Counted from the first letter of the stretch, positions 31,487 through 40,268 are shown. The stretch: 64,000 nt of DNA from Kiritimatiellia bacterium (GCA_050949565.1 JBMNFY010000017.1:672001-736000), one strand, 5' to 3'. A program made the numbers and translations. Notes: generated by a model not told the origin, from the sequence alone.

Positions 31487-32518
31487 ATGAACAGAAACAC
31501 TGTATCCTGTTCCGCGTTCCTCTCCCGCCTGGGGCGCCTCTGTGCGCTCGCCGTGGCGGGGCTGTTCGCGGCAACAGCCACCGCCGACCCGTACCTCACC
31601 TTCTCGAGCGCGCAGTCGTTCACGATCACGCCGCAGGAAGCGTTGTGGAACGGGACGCTCGAATACTCCACCGACGCGACGAGCTGGGCGGTCTTCGACA
31701 CCGCCGGCGCGACCGCGGCGGACGACGGCTCCGGCACGTACAGACTGTATCTCCGGGGGACGGGCAACACCAGCATTTCAGCAGCCACCGTGTATGCGCT
31801 CGGCTGGACGTTGACCGCCGCCGGGACGGTCGCCTGCGAGGGCAACATCGAGACCCTGCTCGACTATGCGAAGGTGATCAACGGCGAGCATCCGGTGATG
31901 TACGGCTACTGCTTCGCCAACCTGTTCCAGGACTGGACGGCGCTCACGGAAGCGCCCGCCCTGCCCGCCACGACGCTGGCCGATTACTGCTACTCCGGCA
32001 TGTTCCAGGGCTGCACGGGGCTGACGCAACCGCCCGCCCTGCCCGCCACGGCGCTGGCCGATTACTGCTACCAGAACATGTTCCAAGGCTGCACGGGCAT
32101 CAAGCTGAGCACCCAGGGCCCCGGCGCGGAGTGGGGCATCCCCGCCGCCGCGACGGCCCAAACGGGCTGGAACGACCTCATGCTCGACGACACGGGCGGC
32201 ACCTTCACCGGCAATCCGGAGATCGGCGTCATCTACTACTGCACGTCGGCCCCCGGCCCCGATCCCGACCCTGACCCCGAGGCGCCAGTCATCACCGCGA
32301 TCACCGTCGACACCGGCGCCTCGACGCTCGAAATCACGATCGACAACGCCATAACCGGCGCGTGGTACACGCTCCTTGTGGCGGACGAGCTTGGCGATCC
32401 TTGGGCGGTCACCCCGGCCGTCCAGGCGACAGCGGACGGCATCCTCGTCTTCCAGAACGTGCCCGCGACACTGCCGCACCGCTTCTACAAGGTGAGGGCC
32501 AGCGCGACCCAGCCGTAA
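31487..32518 (+). CDS. Secreted surface protein with BspA/LRR-like 26-aa repeats, PD linker and C-terminal beta-domain
   Basis: Signal peptide ending ATATA; PALPAT(T/A)LADYCY..MFQGCTG twice (78-bp DNA period, 31954/32032) plus a degenerate copy; PGPDPDPDPE; ends RFYKVRA. Confidence 0.75.
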   Translation: MNRNTVSCSAFLSRLGRLCALAVAGLFAATATADPYLTFSSAQSFTITPQEALWNGTLEYSTDATSWAVFDTAGATAADDGSGTYRLYLRGTGNTSISAATVYALGWTLTAAGTVACEGNIETLLDYAKVINGEHPVMYGYCFANLFQDWTALTEAPALPATTLADYCYSGMFQGCTGLTQPPALPATALADYCYQNMFQGCTGIKLSTQGPGAEWGIPAAATAQTGWNDLMLDDTGGTFTGNPEIGVIYYCTSAPGPDPDPDPEAPVITAITVDTGASTLEITIDNAITGAWYTLLVADELGDPWAVTPAVQATADGILVFQNVPATLPHRFYKVRASATQP

Positions 32519-32753
32519 CCGCAAGCGATTACAACGAAAGACAAACAACGAAAGGCAAATAGCGAACAAAGGATGACGAATGACGCGGGGGACGAGCGGA
32601 CGCTCGCCCCCGCGCATTTTTGAACATCGAACGCAGAAGGTTGAGAAACGCTCAACGTCCAACTCTCAACTTTCAGCGGGCGAGGACGCCCGCGACCGAC
32701 TGCGCGCACACAAAACACGCTCTCGACTCGTATACCCTTCTGTCACTAGCCGA

Positions 32754-34754
32754 TTACGGAACAAGCGCTTTCTGCGGGAGCGCAAAGTCGCCGTCCATTG
32801 TGACTGGTAACTGGAAGACATCGCCCTTCTGATTGCAGAAGTAGAGGCGTGACGCGGACGGTTTGCGTCCGTGTCCATCCGCCCAATAGCCGTAGAAATC
32901 GGGGTGGGCATTTACCGGACGGCGCACGTAGGTGTGGTTCATCTCGCTGTTGGCCGTCATCTGTCTGACCTTTCGCCATGTGGCTCCCGCGTCCTCGGTC
33001 AACCACATCGCGATCTCTCCGCCGGGATTGTACGGCTGCGGTCCCAACTCGGTCGGACCGATGATGCGCCATGTAGTGTCGCTCTCGATATACACCGGAC
33101 CGGTATCGTAATTGTTGCCCGAGACGATGCCGGTAAAGCGTTCCTGCCACTCCGTGCCGGTCCAGCGCACGGTGCGCCATTCACGGGGACCGTTGGCCGG
33201 GCCGGACTGGTATCCCTTGCTCAGTACGAACAGGATGATCGGATGTCCCTTGGAATCGAACTGCACGTCCTTGATGTAGCAGTTGCGGTTCTTGCTTTCG
33301 TACTCCAGTACCAGAGCAGGATTGTCTTTGCTGACAAGCGGCGTCTCAAGCACCTGCCCGTCGGCCGTCTTCCAGGTCGCGCCGAAATCATCGCTTTCCA
33401 TGTAGTACACGTTCGTGCGCCAGTTAAGCCCTTTGCCTTTAGGATGCTGGTTGAAGGCGATGCCGGTTTTCTTGTCCTTCCACTGCCAACTGATCTGATA
33501 GTGTCCCTCTTCAAAGTAAGCGGTCTGCTTGCGCTCGCTCCATTCGGTACCTTCCGGATTGCTGGTCATATAGTAGTTGCCGCGTCCCCTCACATACCAT
33601 GTATGGACAAAGAGAAAGCCCTTGCCGGGGTAGTAGAACGGTTCGGGATAGGAGAAGTTGCCGCTCCACATGAGTTGGAACGCCTCGATGTCGTACGGCT
33701 TGACGCTGCGCGAAATATAGGAGGGACGCCCGCGGCCGTGGCTGCTGGAGAAAATCCAGATGTAGCCCTTGTCATCCAGATTGATCACCGGGTTGTCATG
33801 CGCATCGTCGGTTTTTTTGTCGAGCAGACAGACGGGCCTGGCCACACGTCCCGTCTTATGGTCATAGTACGAGATCATGTGTAGGAGCGTGCGGTTGCCT
33901 TCATCGGTGCCGCCGTAACAGAAGAAGGTCTTGTTGACCGCGGGCGCATACCAGGCCATCGGGATATGCTTGGCGCAATAGGTGCCGAGGCCGCCGCTGT
34001 ACTTGTAGACGTACTCGTCCCCCGAGGGTTGATTGAAGTACCAGATGCCACGGAAACCATCTAGCTTGCGATTAAGGAGAACGGTCAGTGTCGGCTGGAA
34101 CTTCACGAGGTCAGCCCCGCCTTTCACCCGGTTTGCGATTGTCGTGTCAGTCGAATGGGTCTGCCAGTGCGCAATCAGCTCGCGCGACTGATCTGGCCAC
34201 GCCTCTTCGCTGGCGAGACACCGCGCCTCGGTCGCGTCGAGTGCGCGGTTCCAGATGCGGATGTCGGTCATGTTACCTTTGAGTATGCGTTCCTCTTGAC
34301 CGTTGATCACACCGACCGTCAGCGGATGCGCGAACGCCGTCCGTTTCAGCGGGATCGCCTGCTGCCCCTCCAGCACGCCGTCGCGATAGATCTTCGCCGT
34401 CTTGCCGTCATAGGTTCCCAGGTAGTGGGTCCAAACGTTCGGTTGCGGCGGCTTCGCTGTGGCGTATCCGTAACGGCCCGGTTCGCCCTCGACCAACATC
34501 CGCACCGCGCCCTTGTACAGGTAAAACGAAAAGTCCTGATTCGGCTTCCCCAATGTGAGGAACATCTGCGGACGCACAGCGTCCGTAACCCTGACCCACG
34601 CGGCGACCGAGAACCCGTCCACCTTCAGGACAGTCTGGATGTTGCTCACGCTGAAACCGGTTTGCCCGTCAAACGGATACCCCGCCTGTTTCGGCACGGC
34701 CCATACTGAGGCCGCCGCCAACACGACCACCGCTACCAACATGATTCCCCTCAT
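32754..34754 (-). CDS. Secreted LamG-domain + BNR-4 repeat family protein
   Basis: GGAGG before ATG 34754. LamG signature FSVAAWV...WTHYLGTYDG..KIYRDG...DIRIWNRAL; KYSGGLGTY, DDAHDNP, SYPEP, SDDFGATW, TEDAGATW Asp-boxes. Confidence 0.85.
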   Translation of the reverse strand: MRGIMLVAVVVLAAASVWAVPKQAGYPFDGQTGFSVSNIQTVLKVDGFSVAAWVRVTDAVRPQMFLTLGKPNQDFSFYLYKGAVRMLVEGEPGRYGYATAKPPQPNVWTHYLGTYDGKTAKIYRDGVLEGQQAIPLKRTAFAHPLTVGVINGQEERILKGNMTDIRIWNRALDATEARCLASEEAWPDQSRELIAHWQTHSTDTTIANRVKGGADLVKFQPTLTVLLNRKLDGFRGIWYFNQPSGDEYVYKYSGGLGTYCAKHIPMAWYAPAVNKTFFCYGGTDEGNRTLLHMISYYDHKTGRVARPVCLLDKKTDDAHDNPVINLDDKGYIWIFSSSHGRGRPSYISRSVKPYDIEAFQLMWSGNFSYPEPFYYPGKGFLFVHTWYVRGRGNYYMTSNPEGTEWSERKQTAYFEEGHYQISWQWKDKKTGIAFNQHPKGKGLNWRTNVYYMESDDFGATWKTADGQVLETPLVSKDNPALVLEYESKNRNCYIKDVQFDSKGHPIILFVLSKGYQSGPANGPREWRTVRWTGTEWQERFTGIVSGNNYDTGPVYIESDTTWRIIGPTELGPQPYNPGGEIAMWLTEDAGATWRKVRQMTANSEMNHTYVRRPVNAHPDFYGYWADGHGRKPSASRLYFCNQKGDVFQLPVTMDGDFALPQKALVP

Positions 34755-34860
34755 ATAGTCCTCCCGTTGCATTGTTTGCATTAAACACAGAAAGCTTTGG
34801 GAGACGCAACCCTTTTTTGGAACGAGCGCTTTCAGAGGCGGTTATGCTACACTCTCTCCC

Positions 34861-36069
34861 ATGCAAGCGCTTCCCTATTGCCTGAACATCCACCCCGGCG
34901 AGAGTCTCGCCGCTGTTCGTGATGCCATCACGACGCACGCGGTCGCGGTCAAGGCGCACGTCTCTCCCGCTCACGCCTATCCGCTCGGTCTGCGTCTCTC
35001 CGCCGCTGCCGCCCAAGAACTGCTCGCCTCCTCCGCGCCGTCGCTGGAAGACTTCGAGGAGTTGCTCGCCCGGCACGATCTGACGGTCTCCTGCATCAAT
35101 GGGTTCCCGTACGGCGCATTCCACGGTACCGCCGTCAAGGCCGCCGTTTACGAGCCCGATTGGTCGAAGCCCGAACGGCTCATCTACACCGGCCGGCTTG
35201 CCGAGATTCTTGCCGCCCTGTTGCCTGAAGGCGCGGCCGGCAACATTTCGACCGTGCCGGTCGGCTACCAGAATCCGAGCTCGGCAGAAATCCAAAGGAG
35301 AGCAGGCGCCGAAGAGCAGCGGATGGCGGTGTGTGTGCGGCAACTCGTCGTTATGGCGGAGTTCCTCGATGATCTCTCTATTCGCAAAAACCGTGACATC
35401 GTTCTCGCGCTGGAACCCGAGCCTGACTGTCTGTTGGAAACCACGAACGATGTCATCCACTGGTTCGAAGACGAGCTGCTCTACCAAGGAATCCGCTGGC
35501 TCAGCAACAACCGCCAGCGCACGCGCGACGAGGCTGAAGCGCTACTGCGCCGCCATATTGGCATCTGTCTGGACACCTGTCACTTCGCGGTGGCTTTCGA
35601 GGACCCGCTGACCGCGCTGACCCGTTTCGAATCCGCCGGTCTGCGCGTCGCGCGCATTCAGCTCAGCGCCGCGCTGCGCACCACCGTTTCAGAAGACGCC
35701 CTGCAACGCCTGCGCGCCTTCATCGATCCGGTCTATCTGCACCAGACCAAGATCCGACTGCCGCGAGGCCAGATCGCGGCATACCCCGACCTGACCGAGG
35801 CCACGCTGGACGCCGCACGCGAGCAGACCGACTGTGAACTGCGCACGCACTTTCATGTGCCGCTCTACTTCGAAGGCGACGGCGTGCTGGCCTCGACCCA
35901 CACCGACCTCACACCCGCTTTCTTTGAGCACGTCCGGGCGCGCCGCATCCCGCTTGAAGTCGAGACCTACACCTTTGATGTCCTGCCGCCCGACCTGCGC
36001 GCCCCGACAGTGGTCGACAGTTTGGTGCGCGAGTTAGAATGGGCTTCCCGCGCTGCGCGCGGAGTTTGA
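34861..36069 (+). CDS. eboE: EboE-family TIM-barrel protein (sugar-phosphate isomerase/epimerase-like)
   Basis: YCLNIHPGES, LGLRLS, NGFPYGAFH, VK..VY.PDW, LALEPEPDC, GICLDTCHFAV.FEDP, YLHQ, RTHFHVPL, LEVETYT. Confidence 0.88.
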   Translation: MQALPYCLNIHPGESLAAVRDAITTHAVAVKAHVSPAHAYPLGLRLSAAAAQELLASSAPSLEDFEELLARHDLTVSCINGFPYGAFHGTAVKAAVYEPDWSKPERLIYTGRLAEILAALLPEGAAGNISTVPVGYQNPSSAEIQRRAGAEEQRMAVCVRQLVVMAEFLDDLSIRKNRDIVLALEPEPDCLLETTNDVIHWFEDELLYQGIRWLSNNRQRTRDEAEALLRRHIGICLDTCHFAVAFEDPLTALTRFESAGLRVARIQLSAALRTTVSEDALQRLRAFIDPVYLHQTKIRLPRGQIAAYPDLTEATLDAAREQTDCELRTHFHVPLYFEGDGVLASTHTDLTPAFFEHVRARRIPLEVETYTFDVLPPDLRAPTVVDSLVRELEWASRAARGV

Positions 36070-36190
36070 ATTTAGGATTTAGGAGTTAGGAGTTTTTTCA
36101 CTTCGGCGTTCGACGTTCTCCCGTTCTGTGGGCGGCGTTTACGCCGCCGGACGAGCGACGCTCGTCCCTCTCGGCGCTGCGCGGCGGATT
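36047..36190 (+). repeat. Intergenic mosaic overlapping the eboE 3' end
   Basis: CCGCGCTGCGCGCGGA-(TTAGGAK)3-T6-GTTCGACGTTC, then GTGGGCGGCGTTTACGCCGCC and GGACGAGCGACGCTCGTCC hairpins. Confidence 0.8.
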
Positions 36191-36226
36191 GGTTTTTAAT
36201 CGCAACAGCACCCCCGCCGATCACTG

Positions 36227-36922
36227 TCACTCTTTCTCCGCGTCCCCGCCCTCTTCGTCCAGTTCGCCGGTCGCATCCAAGATGCGCGCGGCTTCGACAT
36301 ACATCGGGTGCTCCTTGTCCTTATAGATCTCTTTCATCATCGGCACCTTGATGTCCTCGTCGTGGTTCAACCCGTCAGAAAAAATCTCATCGAGAATGTC
36401 CGGGTCGATGGTTTTGTCAAAAAGAATCGGATACAAGATCGGGAACTGCTCTTCCGGCAACAGATGCAGTGCCGTCTGGATGCCGTCCATTTGATCTCTC
36501 TTGTCAAGTTTGGCAAACTCGCGCTTAAAGGCGATGGCTTCCTCGGCGGTGGGCGCTCTGGTCTTTTCAGACAGCGTGTCGATAAAGTTTTCCCAAGCCT
36601 CGATAACCTTGATGCGTTCTTCCGTCATCTCCTCCGCTTGAGGGGTCGGAGCGGCCGCCCCTGGTGTTGGCGCGCCCTGTCCTGCCCGCACACGCTCTGT
36701 GCGTTGACCCGCCGGCCGCTGATGCGGCGACACACGCGACGACGGCTTTTTCGGATCGATCGGCTTTTTCGGATCGGTCGGAGTGAGTGCCTTGGCGACG
36801 GGCTGTTCCGTGACGTCCGTCTCCGGCTCTGGTGTTTTCGAGCGCAGAGCCACAAACCCAATAACGGCCGCCACCAACGCAACGACCGCCAATCCGAGCC
36901 AAACTGTTTTTTTATCGCGCAT
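36227..36922 (-). CDS. Hypothetical single-pass membrane protein with helical C-terminal domain
   Basis: MRDKKTVWLGLAVVALVAAVIGFVAL anchor, Pro-rich linker, acidic helical domain. Confidence 0.7.
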   Translation of the reverse strand: MRDKKTVWLGLAVVALVAAVIGFVALRSKTPEPETDVTEQPVAKALTPTDPKKPIDPKKPSSRVSPHQRPAGQRTERVRAGQGAPTPGAAAPTPQAEEMTEERIKVIEAWENFIDTLSEKTRAPTAEEAIAFKREFAKLDKRDQMDGIQTALHLLPEEQFPILYPILFDKTIDPDILDEIFSDGLNHDEDIKVPMMKEIYKDKEHPMYVEAARILDATGELDEEGGDAEKE

Positions 36923-36990
36923 CGTGCAACTCCTTAAACAAAAAAGCCAGCGACTTCCACTTCCGTAAACCGCTGGCATATCCGATTAGG

Positions 36991-37065
36991 TGGCACCCCC
37001 TAGGGGAATCGAACCCCTCTTTCCAGGATGAGAACCTGATGTCCTAGCCGATAGACGAAGGGGGC
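36991..37065 (-). tRNA. tRNA-Glu(CTC)
   Basis: GCCCCCTTCGTCTATCGGCTAGGAC-ATCAGG-TTCTCAT-CCTGG...GGTTCGATTCCCCTAGGGGGTGCCA. Confidence 0.95.
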
Positions 37066-37084
37066 AGTGCCTAAAAATGAACTA

Positions 37085-37169
37085 TGGTGCACCCGGAGGG
37101 ATTTGAACCCCCACACCTCTCGGCATAAGAACCTGAATCTTACGTGTCTGCCAATTCCACCACGGGTGC
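37085..37169 (-). tRNA. tRNA-Leu(CAG)
   Basis: GCACCCGTGGTGGAATTGGCAGACACG-TAAGA-TTCAGGT-TCTTA, long variable arm, GGTTCAAATCC...GGGTGCACCA. Confidence 0.95.
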
Positions 37170-37182
37170 GAATGAGAGAGGA

Positions 37183-37274
37183 AGTATGCCAAAAACCCCC
37201 TCATGTCGTCAACCCCCCTGCTTCTTTTTTTTCATCTTGGGCACTTGACTTCCCTCTCGGTAACTCGCTATAGT
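37183..37274. promoter_or_regulatory. Divergent sigma70-type promoters for the tRNAs
   Basis: Plus strand TTGACT(37245)-N18-TATAGT(37269); minus strand TTGACG(37212)-N18-CATACT. Confidence 0.6.
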
Positions 37275-37290
37275 GGCACCTGTTTCTGAA

Positions 37291-37366
37291 GCCAACGTAG
37301 CTCAGCTGGTAGAGCAGATCATTCGTAATGATCAGGTCGTCCGTTCGATCCGGATCGTTGGCTCCA
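37291..37366 (+). tRNA. tRNA-Thr(CGT)
   Basis: GCCAACGTAGCTCAGCTGGTAGAGCA-GATCA-TTCGTAA-TGATC...GTTCGATCCGGATCGTTGGCTCCA. Confidence 0.95.
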
Positions 37367-37429
37367 TTTTTAACCTCGAAAACCGGTGGTTGTTGTTTTC
37401 GGGGTTTTTCTGTTTCGGGGGCCACTACC

Positions 37430-38068
37430 ATGCACGCACCCTGTCCGCCAGAGCGGCGGCGCTTCATTACTTCTGTGCTCGTGCCTGACCGCGTGGGCCT
37501 GCTGCGCGATGTCACGCGAAGCGTCTTTTCGCTGGAAGGCAACATCGGCGGTATCCGCCAGACTGTTGTCGACGGCTTTTTTAACTTGGTCTTCACCTCG
37601 GAGCACCCGTCCCAAATAACGCCCGAGGCCTTGCGTGCGCTGCTGGATTCAACCTTGGAGTCGGAGGCGGTCGTGACCGTACTCGACAGCCCCGAGGTGG
37701 TGCCGACCGCCGTGCCCCAAGGCGCGCGGTTCGTGGTGACGACGCGCGGCGCGGACAAGCCCGGCACGATTTTCGCCATTACCTCTTTTCTGGTCGACCA
37801 CAACATCAACATCGAGGATTGGATGGTTGAGGAAGAGGACGGTAAAATTGTCTACATCGCGCAAGTCGTAGTGCCCGAGACCGAAGACTTTCGCCTGCTG
37901 CAGGAGGCGTTCCGCGATGCCATGGCAACGCACGGTCTGACCGCGCTCCTTTGCCACGAAAACATCTTTAGAGCCACCAATGAAATCGGCCCGATCAAAG
38001 CCCTAATCGAAGAAACGCCCAACGCAAAAGCCACTCCCATGCCCTCGTGCGAAAGGAGCGGCAAGTGA
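37430..38068 (+). CDS. Tandem ACT-domain protein (GcvR-like)
   Basis: ITSVLVPDRVGLL...EGNI and VTTRGADKPGTI..ITSFL....INIED; HENIFRATNEI. Usual partner of DUF711. Confidence 0.85.
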   Translation: MHAPCPPERRRFITSVLVPDRVGLLRDVTRSVFSLEGNIGGIRQTVVDGFFNLVFTSEHPSQITPEALRALLDSTLESEAVVTVLDSPEVVPTAVPQGARFVVTTRGADKPGTIFAITSFLVDHNINIEDWMVEEEDGKIVYIAQVVVPETEDFRLLQEAFRDAMATHGLTALLCHENIFRATNEIGPIKALIEETPNAKATPMPSCERSGK

Positions 38069-38166
38069 ATTGTCCATAAAATCAACAATGTCCACAGAGT
38101 CCACCATAAGCGATACCGATCCCGATTTCGATACCGATCCCGATGGAATGAAACCTTGACCCCCAT

Positions 38167-38886
38167 CCCCTGAAACCCCGAAACCCTGAAACCCTGAAAC
38201 CCGAAACCCTGAAACCCCGAAACCCTGAAACCCCGAAACCCTGAAACCCCGAAACCCTGAAACCCCGAAACCCTGAAACCCCGAAACCCTGAAACCCCGA
38301 AACCCCGAAACCCCGAAACCCTGAAACCCCGAAACCCTGAAACCCCGAAACCCTGAAACCCCGAAACCCTGAAACCCCGAAACCCTGAAACCCTGAAACC
38401 CGAAACCCTGAAACCCCGAAACCCTGAAACCCCGAAACCCTGAAACCCCGAAACCCTGAAACCCCGAAACCCTGAAACCCCGAAACCCTGAAACCCCGAA
38501 ACCCTGAAACCCCGAAACCCTGAAACCCCGAAACCCTGAAACCCCGAAACCCTGAAACCCCGAAACCCTGAAACCCCGAAACCCTGAAACCCCGAAACCC
38601 CGAAACCCTGAAACCCCGAAACCCTGAAACCCCGAAACCCTGAAACCCCGAAACCCTGAAACCCCGAAACCCTGAAACCCCGAAACCCTGAAACCCCGAA
38701 ACCCTGAAACCCCGAAACCCTGAAACCCCGAAACCCCGAAACCCTGAAACCCCGAAACCCCGAAACCCCGAAACCCCGAAACCCTGAAACCCCGAAACCC
38801 CGAAACCCTGAAACCCTGAAACCCCGAAACCCCGAAACCCTGAAACCCCGAAACCTGAAACCCCGAAACCCTGAAACCCCGAAACC
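38167..38886 (+). repeat. Octamer microsatellite (CCCYGAAA)n, about 90 units
   Basis: Mostly alternating CCCTGAAA/CCCCGAAA with occasional 7-mers; ends 8 nt before ATG 38895. Confidence 0.97.
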
Positions 38887-38894
38887 AAGCCCCT

Positions 38895-40268
38895 ATGCTC
38901 GCCCGACAAGCTGTCCTTTCAACCATCCGCATGGTGCGCGAGGAAAACCTCGACGTGCGCACCGTCACGCTCGGTATCAACCTGAATGTCTGCGCCAATC
39001 CCGATCCCGACCGCCTCGTCGAGGCGGTTTACGCGCGCATCGTCGACAAGGCCGGCAGCCTTGTGCGTTTCTGCGATGAGGTCAGCGACAAGTACGGCCT
39101 GCCGATCGTCAACAAGCGCATCGCCGTCTCGCCCGCCAGCCAGCTTCTGGAGGGTCACAGCGTCGAGACCGCCGTGCGCCTCTGCCAGGCGCTCGACGCC
39201 GCTGCAGAGAAGGTCGAGATCGACCTGCTGGGCGGCTTCACCGCGCTGGTGCAGCGCGGCATCACGCCGGGCGAACGTACTTTGATCGAGTCGCTGCCGC
39301 AGGCATTGGCCGCCACGCACCGCGTCTGCTCTTCCTTTAACGTGGGCACCACCAAAGCCGGCATCCATGTTGACGCGGTGAACCTGATCGCGCGCAAGCT
39401 GATCGAAACCGCCGAGATGACGCGCGCGACGCGCGGCTTCGGCTGCGCCAAGGTCGTGGTTTTCGCCAACATGCCGGAGGACAACCCCTTCATGGCGGGC
39501 GCAATGCTCGGAGCGGGCCAGCCGGAGTGCGTCATCAATGTCGGCGTCAGCGGCCCCGGCGTGGTCAAGCGCGCGGTCGACCGCCTGGTGCAGCACGATC
39601 CCGCCGCGACGTTGGACGAGATCGCCGAGGAGATCAAGCACACGGCGTTTCGCGTGACGCGCACAGGCGAGTTGATCGGACACGAGGTGGCCGACCGTCT
39701 GGGCGTCCCGTTCGGCGTGGTCGACCTCTCGCTCGCGCCGACACCGCGCGTGGGCGACTCGGTCGGCGAGATTTACCAGAGCATGGGCATAAGCCGCATC
39801 GGTGCGCCGGGCACCACCGCCGCCGTGATGCTGCTCAACGACGCGGTCAAGAAGGGCGGCTCCTTCGCCTCCAGCGCGGTCGGCGGGCTCTCCGGTGCCT
39901 TTATCCCTGTCATGGAGGATCATGTGCTCTCCAAGGCAGTGGCCGATGGTACGCTGACGCTGGAGAAGCTAGAGGCGATGACGGCGGTCTGCTCGGTGGG
40001 CCTCGACATGATCCTGTTGCCGGGCAGCACCACAGCCGAGACGCTGGCCGGCATCATTTTGGACGAAGCGGCGATCGGCATCACCAACCGCAAGACCACC
40101 GGCGTGCGCGTGATCCCCGTGCCGGATGCGCAGCCCGGCGAGTTCGTGGACTTCGGCGGCCTCTTCGGCTCGGGCGTGGTCACGCAGCCCGCCAGTCCGG
40201 AGGGCGCGGAGACCTTCGTCAATCGCGGCGGCCAGATTCCCGCGCCTATTCACAGCCTGAGCAACTGA
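38895..40268 (+). CDS. DUF711 / UPF0210 (PFL-like) protein
   Basis: ENLDVRTVTLGI, PIVNKRIAVSP, DNPFMAGA, INVGVSGPGVV, DLSLAPTP, VGGLSGAFIPV, KLEAMTAVCSVGLDMI, GQIPAPIHSL.N. Confidence 0.93.
   Translation: MLARQAVLSTIRMVREENLDVRTVTLGINLNVCANPDPDRLVEAVYARIVDKAGSLVRFCDEVSDKYGLPIVNKRIAVSPASQLLEGHSVETAVRLCQALDAAAEKVEIDLLGGFTALVQRGITPGERTLIESLPQALAATHRVCSSFNVGTTKAGIHVDAVNLIARKLIETAEMTRATRGFGCAKVVVFANMPEDNPFMAGAMLGAGQPECVINVGVSGPGVVKRAVDRLVQHDPAATLDEIAEEIKHTAFRVTRTGELIGHEVADRLGVPFGVVDLSLAPTPRVGDSVGEIYQSMGISRIGAPGTTAAVMLLNDAVKKGGSFASSAVGGLSGAFIPVMEDHVLSKAVADGTLTLEKLEAMTAVCSVGLDMILLPGSTTAETLAGIILDEAAIGITNRKTTGVRVIPVPDAQPGEFVDFGGLFGSGVVTQPASPEGAETFVNRGGQIPAPIHSLSN

Larger units (their letters stand above)
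30650..32757. mobile_element. Putative non-autonomous insertion unit: 18-bp terminal inverted repeats, 26-27-bp flanking direct repeat, one cargo gene
   Basis: IRL GTAATCGGTTAGTGACAG (30650-30667); IRR CTGTCACTAGCCGATTAC (32740-32757), 17/18 match. Direct repeat GGAACAAGCGCTTTCTGCGG(C/G)AGCGC at 30623-30648 and 32758-32783. Confidence 0.65.

Noticed and set aside
31954-32098. Diversity-generating retroelement TR/VR pair in the 78-bp repeats
   Set aside because: The copies are adjacent in-frame protein repeats, the differences are not adenine-specific, and no reverse transcriptase is present.
36991-37366. tRNA-anchored genomic island
   Set aside because: No integrase and no duplicated tRNA 3' end were seen in the window.
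38003-38998. GFQGFGVS repeat proteins (331 and 275 aa)
   Set aside because: They are translations of the microsatellite and overlap real genes on the opposite strand.
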